The position numbers and the translations under genes are program-made. A stretch of DNA of 64,000 nt from Oscillospiraceae bacterium (lineage in GTDB: Bacteria > Bacillota > Clostridia > Oscillospirales > Oscillospiraceae): positions 9,586 through 73,585 of the forward strand of contig CACYLC010000003.1 of assembly GCA_902775105.1 (NCBI GenBank). The letters run 5' to 3'. The notes under the pieces were generated by a model that was not told the origin of the DNA, did not search any database, and worked only from the letters and a program-made list of their open reading frames with translations. Positions 36,491-46,029 of the stretch are shown here, piece by piece; position 1 is the stretch's first letter, and each line of letters starts with the position of its first letter.

Positions 36491-37801
36491 TTATCTGACG
36501 ATCTCGTAGATCAGGGGTTGTGCTTCGGGGGCAGTATCACCGATTGTGAGGGCGGCCAGATAGTGCTCCGCCGCATCTGCCAGCGCCGCCTCCCGGTTGG
36601 TATAGAGCGTACAGAGAATCTCTCCTGCCTCCACCCGCTCCCCCACCTTCTTGCGGAGGATGATACCGGCGCTGTAGTCAATGGTGGCATCCTTGGTTTC
36701 TCTGCCCGCCCCCAGCATGACGCTGACGGTGCCGATGCGCTCGGCGTCCATCTTTTGAATGTAGCCGCTTACAGGAGACTTGACTGTATCGGAAAAAGCG
36801 GCTGTCGGGAAGAGAAACGGGTCGTCCAGATAGCGGATGTCCCCGCCCTGAGCGCCGATCCACTCTTTCATTTTGGCAAAGGCCGCTCCGCTGTCCAGTG
36901 CGTCAACAGCCCGCCGTTGCGCCTCTTCGGCAGTGAGGTCAAAAACCATGCGAATCAGGTTAGAGGCAAGGACAACACAGACCTCACGCAAGTCCCCCCT
37001 GCTCTCCCCTTTCAGGACGGCCACCGCCTCCTGCACCTCCAGGGCGTTGCCAATATTGTGTCCCAGCGGTACATCCATATTGGTAAGTACGGCGGTCATA
37101 TTCCGTCCGCAGAGCTTGCCGATGGAGACCATCTTCTCCGCCAGCGCCTTCCCATCCTCCGGCGTTTTCATAAAGGCGCCCGAGCCGACCTTCACGTCGA
37201 GGACAATGTTCTTAGCCCCTGCCGCCAGCTTTTTGGACATGATGCTGGAGGTGATGAGGGGGATGGAATTCACCGTCGCCGTCACGTCCCGGAGGGCGTA
37301 GAGCTTTTTATCGGCGGGCGTCAGATTGCCGGACTGTCCCACCAGAGAGATACCGATCTCCTCCACCTGAGAGAGAAACCGCTCGCTCTCCAGTGCGATC
37401 TGATAGCCGGGGATGGACTCCAGCTTATCCACCGTACCGCCGGTATGACCCAGCCCCCGTCCAGTCATCTTCGCCACCTTTGCGCCCAGTGCCGCCACGA
37501 TGGGCATGACGATGAGGGAGGTCTTATCCCCCACGCCGCCGGTGGAGTGCTTGTCGGCGGAGAGCGTTCCGAAACGGGACAGGTCGATCATGTCGCCGGA
37601 ACGGGCCATGGCGTCGGTTAAAACAGAGATCTCCCGGTCGGTCATGCCCCGGAAGAAAATGGCCATACAGAGGGCGGAAGCCTGATAGTCCGGGATCACA
37701 CCGTTGGTATATCCGTCAATGAAAAAGCGGATCTCCTCGTCGGAGAGGGCGCAGCCGTCCCGTTTCTTCTCAATGATGTCGTACATTCTCATCGCAGACA
37801 C
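36491..37801 (-). CDS. pdp: pyrimidine-nucleoside (thymidine) phosphorylase
   Basis: 436 aa with MRMYDIIEKKRDG and DKHSTGGVGDKTSL. Confidence 0.93.
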   Translation of the reverse strand: MSAMRMYDIIEKKRDGCALSDEEIRFFIDGYTNGVIPDYQASALCMAIFFRGMTDREISVLTDAMARSGDMIDLSRFGTLSADKHSTGGVGDKTSLIVMPIVAALGAKVAKMTGRGLGHTGGTVDKLESIPGYQIALESERFLSQVEEIGISLVGQSGNLTPADKKLYALRDVTATVNSIPLITSSIMSKKLAAGAKNIVLDVKVGSGAFMKTPEDGKALAEKMVSIGKLCGRNMTAVLTNMDVPLGHNIGNALEVQEAVAVLKGESRGDLREVCVVLASNLIRMVFDLTAEEAQRRAVDALDSGAAFAKMKEWIGAQGGDIRYLDDPFLFPTAAFSDTVKSPVSGYIQKMDAERIGTVSVMLGAGRETKDATIDYSAGIILRKKVGERVEAGEILCTLYTNREAALADAAEHYLAALTIGDTAPEAQPLIYEIVR

Positions 37802-37816
37802 CTCCGTTTTCTGCCG

Positions 37817-38758
37817 TCAGCGCTGGCCGGGATCGTAGGGGATCCCCTCAGCCTTGGGAGCCTTGGACGTCTTGGACGTAAAGGCAAGCACCAGAAGGGA
37901 GATAAGATAGGGCATCATATTGTAGACGGTACTGGGAATATTCAGCGCCGCCAGAAAATCAATGCCGATATAGACATTACTGAGCGCCCGGAACAAACCG
38001 AAGAGCAGCGCCGCCAGGGCGATTCGCAGAGGCTTCCACTGCCCGAAGATCATGACCGCCAGAGCCAGGAAACCGAAACCTGCCACGCCGTTTTCAAACT
38101 TCCACTCGGACACGCCGGCCAGAATATAGCTGATGCCGCCCAGCGCTCCAAAGACGCCGGAGATGAGGACGCCTGCCCAGCGCATCTTGTAGACGTTGAT
38201 ACCCACAGAGGCCGCTGCCTGAGGATGCTCACCACAGGCCATCATCCGCAGGCCAAATCTGGTCTTGTAGAGGACGACATAGGCAATCGCCAGCACAACA
38301 ATCGTGATAAGCATGAACCAGTTGAATTCAAAGGAGCCGAGATAGACGATAAAGCTCTTTTTCGGCTCTACGTACTGGATGGTGGAGGAGACATCGTCCG
38401 GATTGATGGACATATTCATGGCCTTGACCAGAACGGTGGCGAGAGCGGTACCCAGAATGTTCAGCGCCGTGCCCACAATCGTCTGATCTGCCTTGAAGTT
38501 GATGCAGGCCACGGCCAGCAGCGCCGAATAGGCAACGCCAAAGACGATTGCCCCCGCCAGAGTCAGCAGCACCATGAGAAAGCCAGGCGTGACCGCCGGC
38601 AGATAGCGCATCATGAGCGCTCCGCCCAGAGCGCCGATGACCATAATACCCTCCAGACCCAGATTGATGACACCGGAGTGTTCAGAATAGCATCCGCCGA
38701 GGGCGACCAGAAGAAGGACAGAGGCGAAAATCAATGTATATTGTAGCAGCAGCAACAT
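37817..38758 (-). CDS. BMP-type nucleoside ABC transporter permease (NupQ-like)
   Basis: 313-aa polytopic membrane protein in a nupNOPQ-like arrangement. Confidence 0.88.
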   Translation of the reverse strand: MLLLLQYTLIFASVLLLVALGGCYSEHSGVINLGLEGIMVIGALGGALMMRYLPAVTPGFLMVLLTLAGAIVFGVAYSALLAVACINFKADQTIVGTALNILGTALATVLVKAMNMSINPDDVSSTIQYVEPKKSFIVYLGSFEFNWFMLITIVVLAIAYVVLYKTRFGLRMMACGEHPQAAASVGINVYKMRWAGVLISGVFGALGGISYILAGVSEWKFENGVAGFGFLALAVMIFGQWKPLRIALAALLFGLFRALSNVYIGIDFLAALNIPSTVYNMMPYLISLLVLAFTSKTSKAPKAEGIPYDPGQR

Positions 38759-39861
38759 TATTTGCTCTCCCCTTTCTTCTCTTCCCGTTTGGAAAGGCGT
38801 TTCTTCATGGCTAGCTTCATAAAGCCCACAAAACCACAGAGATAGATAATGAGTGCAGAGATGAGGTCAGAGATCTGAGCGGAGTACAGGGTCTTGTCCA
38901 CATAAGCGCCGCCGGAGGTGATGTGCTGAATGAAGTAGGAGGCAAAGATGGTGCCCACCGGGTTCAGACCACCCAGGAAGGCGGCGGCGATGCCGTTAAA
39001 GCCCATGCCAGGGACGGAGGACTGGGTGCAGGCCCACTGCTCGTAGTCGGTGAGGTACAGCATCGCTCCGCCCAATGCCGCCAGAGCGCCGCCGATGGCC
39101 AGCGTCAGGATAATGTTCCGCTTTTCCGCCATGCCGCTGTATTTGGCGGCATGCTTGTTGTAGCCCGTGGCCTTCAGCTCATAGCCGAACTTGGTCTGAT
39201 CCAGAACCACCTTGAGCACGACGGCGACAAGGATGGAGAGGGGAATTGCCAATGAGACGTAGGTGTTGCCCGAAAAAAACTGATCCAGTCCCACAGTGGG
39301 CAGCACTGCCTGAGGCGCGTAGTCCTTCAGGTGCAGGGTGTAGGGGCTGGCTACGTCTTTGACATTGCTCAGGATCATATTGGTTGTGTAGAGCCCGATC
39401 CAGTTGAGCATAATGCCGGAGATGACTTCATTGACGTTACAGTAGGCCTTGAGAAAGCCCACCAGAGCGCCGTAGACTCCGCCGACCACGATGGCGAAGA
39501 TCATGCACATCCACCACGGCATTCCCCAGCCGAGAGCGGCATAGAGGCTGATACAGGTGCCCACGACGTACTGACCGGCAGCGCCGATGTTAAAAAGCCC
39601 CACCTTATAGCAGAACAGGACGGACAGGGCACACATCAGCAGCGGAGCCGTCTTGACCAGCGTATTTCCGAAGTTTTTCAACTGGAGATTCGCCATGGAG
39701 TAGTTAAAGAAGTTCTTGATGACTGCCAGAATCGCCTCAGTGGCGCCTGCGGGATTGATAAACAGCAGGACAATGAAGCCCACCAGCAGACCCAGCACGA
39801 TACAGATGAGGGATGCAATAAACGTCTGGAAGCCTTCGCTTTTCAGCAGATTCTTTTTCAT
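38758..39861 (-). CDS. BMP-type nucleoside ABC transporter permease (NupP-like)
   Basis: 367-aa polytopic membrane protein with 1-4 nt overlaps to both neighbours. Confidence 0.88.
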   Translation of the reverse strand: MKKNLLKSEGFQTFIASLICIVLGLLVGFIVLLFINPAGATEAILAVIKNFFNYSMANLQLKNFGNTLVKTAPLLMCALSVLFCYKVGLFNIGAAGQYVVGTCISLYAALGWGMPWWMCMIFAIVVGGVYGALVGFLKAYCNVNEVISGIMLNWIGLYTTNMILSNVKDVASPYTLHLKDYAPQAVLPTVGLDQFFSGNTYVSLAIPLSILVAVVLKVVLDQTKFGYELKATGYNKHAAKYSGMAEKRNIILTLAIGGALAALGGAMLYLTDYEQWACTQSSVPGMGFNGIAAAFLGGLNPVGTIFASYFIQHITSGGAYVDKTLYSAQISDLISALIIYLCGFVGFMKLAMKKRLSKREEKKGESK

Positions 39862-41393
39862 GACTTCACCTCGTCTCTCTTGGCGCCGGCCATGTACAGA
39901 CCCAATTCCTCCACCGTAGCGGTCCCGGGATCCAACTCGCCCACGATCTCGCCCTCATACATGACCAGAATGCGGTCGGAGACGTCCATAACCTCGTCCA
40001 GCTCCAGCGAGATGAGGAGGACTGCCTTCCCTGCGTCCCGGAGGGCGACCAGCTGCTTGTGGATGAATTCAATCGCGCCCACGTCCAGGCCCCGGGTGGG
40101 CTGGACGGCGATGAGGAGATCCGGGTTCTTGTCGATCTCACGGCCGACGATGGCCTTTTGCTGGTTTCCGCCGGACATGGAGCGGGCGATGGTGACGGGA
40201 CCCTGACCGGAGCGGACGTCGTATTCCGCAATCAGCCGCTCAGCATAGGCACGGATGTTCTGCTCCTTGAGGAAACCCGCTTTGGAGGTAAATTCCGGCT
40301 CAAAGTACCGCTCCAGTACGATGTTGTTCTCCAGTGAGTAATCCAGCACCAGACCGTGCTTGTGCCGATCCTCCGGAATATGGCTCAGGCCGCTGGTGTT
40401 CCGCTTGCGGATGGACATATGGGCGATATCCACGCCATTAAAGAGGATGACCCCCTCCTTCACCGGCTCCAGACCGGAAAGCCCGTAGGCAAGCTCGGTC
40501 TGGCCGTTTCCGTCAATACCGGCGATACAGACAATCTCGCCTTTGCGGATTTTGAAGGAAACGCCCTTGACGGCGTTATTGTTGTGGCTCTTGGAGGCAA
40601 CCACCATGTTCTGCACGTCCAGCACCACTTCCCCAGGCTGGGCAGGCTTCTTCTCCACATGGAAGTTGACATCTCTTCCCACCATCATGGCAGAGAGTCC
40701 CTCGGCAGTGGTGTCCTTGATATCCACGGTTCCGATGTACTTGCCCTTGCGGAGGACGGTGCATCGGTCGGCCACCGACATGATCTCGTTGAGCTTGTGG
40801 GAGATAAAGAGGATGCTCTTACCCTCTTTCGCCAGATTGCGCATGATCTCCATCAACTCTTCGATCTCCTGAGGTGTCAGGACGGCAGTCGGCTCGTCAA
40901 AGATCAGAATCTCATTGTCCCGATAGAGCATCTTTAAAATTTCGGTGCGCTGCTGCATGCCCACGGTGATGTCCTCGATGATTGCGTCCGGGTCTACCCG
41001 AAGTCCGTACTTCTCAGACAGCGACAATACCTTTTCCCGAGCCTCCTTCTTCTGCAAGAAGCCCGCCTTGTTGGGCTCCACGCCCAGAATGATGTTGTCC
41101 AGCACCGAGAAGCACTCCACCAGCTTAAAGTGCTGGTGCACCATGCCGATGCCAAGATCGTTTGCATCGTTGGGATCATGGATCTCGACCTTGACACCCC
41201 TCTTGCGGATCTCCCCCTCCTCCGGCTGATACAGGCCGAATAACACTGACATGAGCGTGGATTTGCCTGCGCCGTTTTCGCCCAAAAGTGCGTGGATTTC
41301 GCCTTTTTTCAGCCGGAGGGAAATATCATCGTTGGCGATGATGCCGGGAAACCGCTTGGTAATATGCAGCATCTCAATCTCATATTCAGCCAT
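39858..41393 (-). CDS. ABC transporter ATP-binding protein, duplicated ATPase (NupO-like)
   Basis: Two Walker A sites (GENGAGKST; GIDGNGQTE) and two signatures (MSGGNQQK etc.). Start set to ATG 41393, 9 nt after GGAGG. Confidence 0.92.
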   Translation of the reverse strand: MAEYEIEMLHITKRFPGIIANDDISLRLKKGEIHALLGENGAGKSTLMSVLFGLYQPEEGEIRKRGVKVEIHDPNDANDLGIGMVHQHFKLVECFSVLDNIILGVEPNKAGFLQKKEAREKVLSLSEKYGLRVDPDAIIEDITVGMQQRTEILKMLYRDNEILIFDEPTAVLTPQEIEELMEIMRNLAKEGKSILFISHKLNEIMSVADRCTVLRKGKYIGTVDIKDTTAEGLSAMMVGRDVNFHVEKKPAQPGEVVLDVQNMVVASKSHNNNAVKGVSFKIRKGEIVCIAGIDGNGQTELAYGLSGLEPVKEGVILFNGVDIAHMSIRKRNTSGLSHIPEDRHKHGLVLDYSLENNIVLERYFEPEFTSKAGFLKEQNIRAYAERLIAEYDVRSGQGPVTIARSMSGGNQQKAIVGREIDKNPDLLIAVQPTRGLDVGAIEFIHKQLVALRDAGKAVLLISLELDEVMDVSDRILVMYEGEIVGELDPGTATVEELGLYMAGAKRDEVKS

Positions 41394-41421
41394 AAGCATT
41401 TCCTCCTTCAATCTGCTTTTG

Positions 41422-41451
41422 AAAAAAGGGGAGAGCAACTGGGCTCTCCCC
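41422..41451 (-). terminator. intra-operon terminator/attenuator after the binding-protein gene
   Basis: The minus strand reads GGGGAGAGC ccagtt GCTCTCCCC TTTTTTC, between the SBP stop (41475) and the ATPase start (41393). Confidence 0.7.
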
Positions 41452-41474
41452 GGAGTTTCGCAAAGCGAATTTGA

Positions 41475-42599
41475 TTACTTGATGTTGCCCTGATCGTCCA
41501 CAGTGATGACGGTGGCAAAGTCAGAGGCGCTCTTCGTAATGTCGTTGGAGACAGTGACCTCGCCGGCATTCATGGCCTTGACCAGATCGTTGTAGTCAGC
41601 CTCGGTGAAGCCGTCAGCGAACTGAGTGGAGCCGGCCAGCTGGACATAGTTCTCTTCGGGTACGTCGGAGACCAGACCGAGGGTGTCGATCTTACCGCCG
41701 TACTGGTCAAACTTGCCGTCCACAACGACCTGCAGCATGGTGTTAACGGTGGCAGCCAGACCCTTCATGGCGGAAGTCACAGTCATGCCCTCGCCGTAGC
41801 TGCCGTCAATGATGCCGGCCTGATCGACGTCAACGCCGATGACCTTGCCGCTCACCTTGGCAGCGGCCTCAGCAGCGGAGGTGAAGATGCCGCCGCCGCA
41901 GGCAAAGACGATCTCAGTGCCGTCGGCATACCATGCGTCCATGGCAGCGGTAATGTCAGCGTCGCCATAGAACTGGTTGCCGTAAGCGTACTTCACAGAA
42001 ACGTCGGAAAGGCCCAGCTCGGCAGCAGCCGCATCAGCCCCCTGAACAAAGCCGTAGCCATAGCGCTGAACAGCGGGAACCGCCATGCCGCCCAGGAAGC
42101 CCAGCTTCGTGTAGCCCAGCTTGACAGCGGCGACGCCGGCCATGTAGCCGCACAGCTCTTCCTGATAGACAGCGGAGTAAAGGTTTGCGGGAATGGTGTA
42201 ACCCTCAGAGAAGTCACCTGCGGAGACGTCCAGGGCGATGAAGGTGATGTCAGGATAGTTCCCGGCAGTGGACTCAATGGCCTTACCGAAGGCGTAGCCG
42301 GGCATGACGACTACGTTGTAGCCCTGGTCGATGGCGGACTCGATCATGGAGACGCGATCCTCATCCGAGTCGGAAACGGGCTTGAAGTAGCTAAAGTCGA
42401 GACTGTTGGCCTCAGAGAATGCCTTACAGGCCTCATAGGTGGTCTGGTTGAAGGACTGGTCTGTAATGTCGCCGTAGTCGGTGATCATGGCGACCTTGAC
42501 ATCAGCAGCAGCATTATTGGACTTGCTGTTTCCGCCGCAGCTTGTCAGGCAGCCGAGCGCCAGAACGAGCGCCAGCACAAGTGCAATCGTTTTCTTCAT
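41475..42599 (-). CDS. BMP-family ABC substrate-binding lipoprotein (nucleoside-binding, NupN/PnrA-like)
   Basis: Start moved to ATG 42599. Lipobox MKKTIALVLALVLALGCLTSCGG, followed by the BMP fold sequence. Confidence 0.92.
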   Translation of the reverse strand: MKKTIALVLALVLALGCLTSCGGNSKSNNAAADVKVAMITDYGDITDQSFNQTTYEACKAFSEANSLDFSYFKPVSDSDEDRVSMIESAIDQGYNVVVMPGYAFGKAIESTAGNYPDITFIALDVSAGDFSEGYTIPANLYSAVYQEELCGYMAGVAAVKLGYTKLGFLGGMAVPAVQRYGYGFVQGADAAAAELGLSDVSVKYAYGNQFYGDADITAAMDAWYADGTEIVFACGGGIFTSAAEAAAKVSGKVIGVDVDQAGIIDGSYGEGMTVTSAMKGLAATVNTMLQVVVDGKFDQYGGKIDTLGLVSDVPEENYVQLAGSTQFADGFTEADYNDLVKAMNAGEVTVSNDITKSASDFATVITVDDQGNIK

Positions 42600-42651
42600 A
42601 GATTTGATCTCCCCTTTTGTATTTGGTGTGTTCTGCAACACATCTTATGAC

Positions 42652-42680
42652 ATTATACCGGATTTAACAGAAAGAATCAA
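42652..42680 (-). promoter_or_regulatory. candidate promoter TTGATT-17-TATAAT for the transporter genes
   Basis: The minus strand reads ttgatt-17 nt-tataat, about 50 nt upstream of ATG 42599. Confidence 0.45.
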
Positions 42681-42719
42681 CACTCTTTGATAAATTTAGC
42701 TAATAAATGTACGCTCCGC

Positions 42720-43373
42720 TCAATCGTTTGTCTTGACGATCTTCACGATACGGCTGGTTCCCAGCCGGTCAGCACCGAGGGCGATAAAGTCCTCCGCATC
42801 CCGCAGCGATGCAATGCCGCCGGCGGCCTTGATCTTCACATGGGGAGCCACGTGGGCGGCAAAGAGCGCCACATCCTCACGGGTAGCGCCACCCGTGGAG
42901 AAGCCGGTGGAGGTCTTAATGTACTCAGCGCCGGACAGAGAGACGATCTTGCACAGTTCCACCTTCTCCTCCTCTGTGAGCAGGCACGTCTCGACAATGA
43001 CCTTGAGCAGTTTCCCGTGGCAGGCGGCCTTCACCGCTTTGATCTCCTCCAACACAGCGTCGTACTTTCCGTCCTTCACCCAGCCGATGTTGATGACCAT
43101 ATCGATCTCATCCGCCCCGTTTTGGACGGCGTCCGCCGTCTCGAAGCACTTTGTGGCCGTGGTGGAATAGCCGTTGGGAAAGCCGATGACGGTGCAGACG
43201 CTCAACCGATCGCCCGCATATTCCTTTGCCTGCCTGACGTAGCTTGGCGGGATGCAGACAGAGGCCGTCTCGTAACGCAATCCATCGTCACAGATCGCCT
43301 TGATCTCCTCCCACGTCGCGCCCTGCGCCAGCAGAGTGTGGTCAACCTTTGACAGAATTTCCTTGATTTTCAT
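42720..43373 (-). CDS. deoC: deoxyribose-phosphate aldolase
   Basis: 217 aa. Schiff-base Lys region [14 protein letters not shown] and second Lys region KIKAAGGI. Confidence 0.93.
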   Translation of the reverse strand: MKIKEILSKVDHTLLAQGATWEEIKAICDDGLRYETASVCIPPSYVRQAKEYAGDRLSVCTVIGFPNGYSTTATKCFETADAVQNGADEIDMVINIGWVKDGKYDAVLEEIKAVKAACHGKLLKVIVETCLLTEEEKVELCKIVSLSGAEYIKTSTGFSTGGATREDVALFAAHVAPHVKIKAAGGIASLRDAEDFIALGADRLGTSRIVKIVKTND

Positions 43374-43385
43374 GGTTCCTCCTCC

Positions 43386-44009
43386 TCAATGGATGATCTT
43401 TTTCCCCCGATTCCGGATCATTTCCCGATAGCATTTATAGCACACGCCCTCATAGCGGTCGTTACCGCCGATGCAGACCTGGGCCCCCTCGGTGATAATG
43501 ACGCCGTTGTCGTCAAAGCGGGCGTTTACCGTCGCCTTGCGCCCGCAGCGGCAGACCGACTTGATCTCGGTGATGCTGTCCGCGATCTCGAATAGCCGCT
43601 TGGAGCCTGGAAACAGCCGGGTCTGGAAATCCGCCCGAAGGCCGAAGCATAAGACCGGTACATCGTCCAGATCCGCCAGCTCCTTCATCTGATCCACTTG
43701 CGCCCCGGTCAGGAACTGGCACTCATCGCAGATCAGCACATCCAAGGGGGACTCGCCGCTGCGGGCAAGGTACAGCTGCCGCACATCGTCCTCAGGCTCC
43801 ACTGCAACGGCCTCGGCAAACAGGCCGATGCGGGAGCGGACAATGGTGCAGAGGTTGCCGTGCTCGTCCAGACGATCGTCCCGGTTGTCGGTAGCCGGCT
43901 TGATGAGCAGCACCCGCTTGCCCTTCTCCTCATAATTGAACTTGGTCATCAGCGCCTGAGCCGTCTTGGACGAGCCCATTGCACCGAATTTAAAATAAAG
44001 CTTCGCCAT
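43386..44009 (-). CDS. tdk: thymidine kinase
   Basis: Start set to ATG 44009 (GGAGG 8 nt upstream). P-loop FGAMGSSKT and zinc site CRCG...CYKC. Confidence 0.93.
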   Translation of the reverse strand: MAKLYFKFGAMGSSKTAQALMTKFNYEEKGKRVLLIKPATDNRDDRLDEHGNLCTIVRSRIGLFAEAVAVEPEDDVRQLYLARSGESPLDVLICDECQFLTGAQVDQMKELADLDDVPVLCFGLRADFQTRLFPGSKRLFEIADSITEIKSVCRCGRKATVNARFDDNGVIITEGAQVCIGGNDRYEGVCYKCYREMIRNRGKKIIH

Positions 44010-44246
44010 GGCACAGCCCTCCTTCAACCCTCTGTGAATCTTCCCCGACGTCCGACTCTTTCGGACGCTCCTCAGTTTACCACGACTCTCCCTTTTTGTA
44101 AATCAAACGACAGGGTGTTTTGTCAAATTCTCTGTCCGGTCTTGCATCCAATCGGCTTCTCTCAACTTTTCTCCCCCGCCCCATTGGAATGCCGACGATT
44201 TTTTGTTATTATAATGTCTACCGATGAAACCGCTTAACAGGCAGGA

Positions 44247-44921
44247 GTGACGCCCATGCAGAATATTTTACTCGTCGAAGATGAAGCTGCCATTGTTGGC
44301 TCGCTCCGGGAGTATCTCTCGGTTGAGGGATTTAAGACAACGGCCGTGTCCGGGCAAGAGGCTGCGGAGATGCTGCTGCGGCAGAGCAGCTTTGATCTGC
44401 TGCTGTTGGATGTCTCCCTCGCTGACGGCAACGGCTACGACGTCTGCGCTGCCGCCAAGGGATATCATCTCCCGGTTATCTTTCTCACCGCCTCCGGAGA
44501 TGAGAACAGCGTGGTGAAGGGACTGGATATGGGGGCTGATGACTATATCGCAAAGCCCTTTCGTCCGAGAGAACTGGTCTCCCGTATCCGCACTGTGCTG
44601 CGCCGGTATTCCGGAACCCAGACCGTGACGATCCCCGGTGGTCTGACGGTGGATACGGAGAAATGTGCCGTCACAAAACGAGGCGCGAAGGTCGCTCTCT
44701 CCGCTCTGGAGTATCGGCTGCTGATGGTCTTTCTCAACAACCGGGGCAAGCTGCTCTCCCGCTCGAAGCTACTGGAGGACATCTGGGACATTGCAGGAGA
44801 TTATGTAAATGACAACACCCTCACCGTTTACATCAAGCGGCTGCGGGAGAAAATCGAGGACGACCCCCAGAATCCCGCCCTCATTCAGACAGTACGGGGC
44901 ATGGGGTATAGGATGGACTGA
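44247..44921 (+). CDS. OmpR-family response regulator (BceR-like context)
   Basis: Receiver domain (ILLVEDE, LLLLDVSLADGNG) and a winged helix (VRGMGYRM). Confidence 0.92.
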   Translation: MTPMQNILLVEDEAAIVGSLREYLSVEGFKTTAVSGQEAAEMLLRQSSFDLLLLDVSLADGNGYDVCAAAKGYHLPVIFLTASGDENSVVKGLDMGADDYIAKPFRPRELVSRIRTVLRRYSGTQTVTIPGGLTVDTEKCAVTKRGAKVALSALEYRLLMVFLNNRGKLLSRSKLLEDIWDIAGDYVNDNTLTVYIKRLREKIEDDPQNPALIQTVRGMGYRMD

Positions 44922-44922
44922 C

Positions 44923-45927
44923 ATGAACATTTACAGAAATCCGGAATTTCGGCGGGAATGTCTGACTTACGGGCTGGGAACGCTGATTTTTGCTGTGATC
45001 GGCGTCTTTGTCTCTCCGTTTTGCAGCCTGCTCCTTCTTCTCGCCGGGCTTTTTTCCCATCTGGTTCACCTCCGTTTTGCCAAAAAGCGGTATGACCGAA
45101 TCGCTCAGCTTAGCCGCAGCATTGACCGCATCCTGCACGGACAGGACTCCCTGCTCATCACCGACAGCGACGAGGGAGAGCTGGCGATTCTGAACAGCGA
45201 AATTCGCAAGATGACGGTGCGGCTCAGGGAACAGTCTGACCAGCTTCTGACGGACAAGCTGCGGCTCACCGACGCCATTGCGGACATTTTCCATCAGATG
45301 CGGACGCCGCTGACCTCCATGAATCTGGTGGTCTCCCTGCTGGCGGAGGAAGAACTGCCCTTTGATCGCCGCATCCAGCTGACACGGGAGCTGAAAAAGC
45401 AGTTGGAACGGACGAAATGGCTGGTGGAGACGCTGCTCAAAATGTCGAAGATCGACACAGGGACAGCGCCGTTTCGCAAGGAACCGGTCTCCGTTGCGAA
45501 CCTGATCCGGAATGCCGCCCGTCCCTTCCTCATCCCCATGGAGCTACGGGGCATTCGGTTCTCCGTCTCGGTAGCAGAGGAGACCTTTTCGGGCGATCTG
45601 GCATGGACAACGGAGGCGCTGGGCAACGTCCTCAAAAACTGCGTAGAGCACACCCCGGAGGACGGGAGCATCTCTGTGCGGGCGAAGGAAAATGCGCTTT
45701 ACACCGAGATCGTAGTGCTGGACAGCGGTTCCGGCTTTGACGGGGCCGATCTTCCCCACCTCTTTGAGCGGTTTTACAGGGGAAAGACTGCCACGGCGGA
45801 GAGCATCGGCATCGGTCTGGCGCTGGCCCGGATGATCGTTGCCGCTCAGGACGGAACCATCACTGCGGAAAATGCCAGAGATGGCGGTGCGCAGTTTACC
45901 ATTCGCTTCTACAAAAGCGTCATTTAA
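44923..45927 (+). CDS. intramembrane-sensing histidine kinase (BceS-like)
   Basis: Start set to ATG 44923, 1 nt after the RR stop. Two closely spaced TM helices with almost no external loop, H-box FHQMRTPLTSM, and N and G boxes. Confidence 0.9.
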   Translation: MNIYRNPEFRRECLTYGLGTLIFAVIGVFVSPFCSLLLLLAGLFSHLVHLRFAKKRYDRIAQLSRSIDRILHGQDSLLITDSDEGELAILNSEIRKMTVRLREQSDQLLTDKLRLTDAIADIFHQMRTPLTSMNLVVSLLAEEELPFDRRIQLTRELKKQLERTKWLVETLLKMSKIDTGTAPFRKEPVSVANLIRNAARPFLIPMELRGIRFSVSVAEETFSGDLAWTTEALGNVLKNCVEHTPEDGSISVRAKENALYTEIVVLDSGSGFDGADLPHLFERFYRGKTATAESIGIGLALARMIVAAQDGTITAENARDGGAQFTIRFYKSVI

Positions 45928-45941
45928 TAAAATCTTAATCC

Positions 45942-45985
45942 AAGTGACACTTTATGACAGAAAAACTGTCACCGAAGTGTCACTT
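45942..45985 (+). promoter_or_regulatory. nested inverted repeat upstream of the ABC genes (candidate RR box and/or TCS terminator)
   Basis: Outer arms AAGTGACACTT / AAGTGTCACTT and inner arms TGACAG aaaaa CTGTCA. It ends 8 nt before TGTTACAAT (-10 at 45994-45999). Confidence 0.5.
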
Positions 45986-46029
45986 TCGTCTGTTACAATG
46001 GATCCGTAATTCACAAGGAGGCATTTCTC

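Noticed and set aside
35786-37621. 611-aa plus-strand ORF
   Set aside because: It is antisense to udk and pdp, both of which have diagnostic P-loop and phosphorylase motifs.
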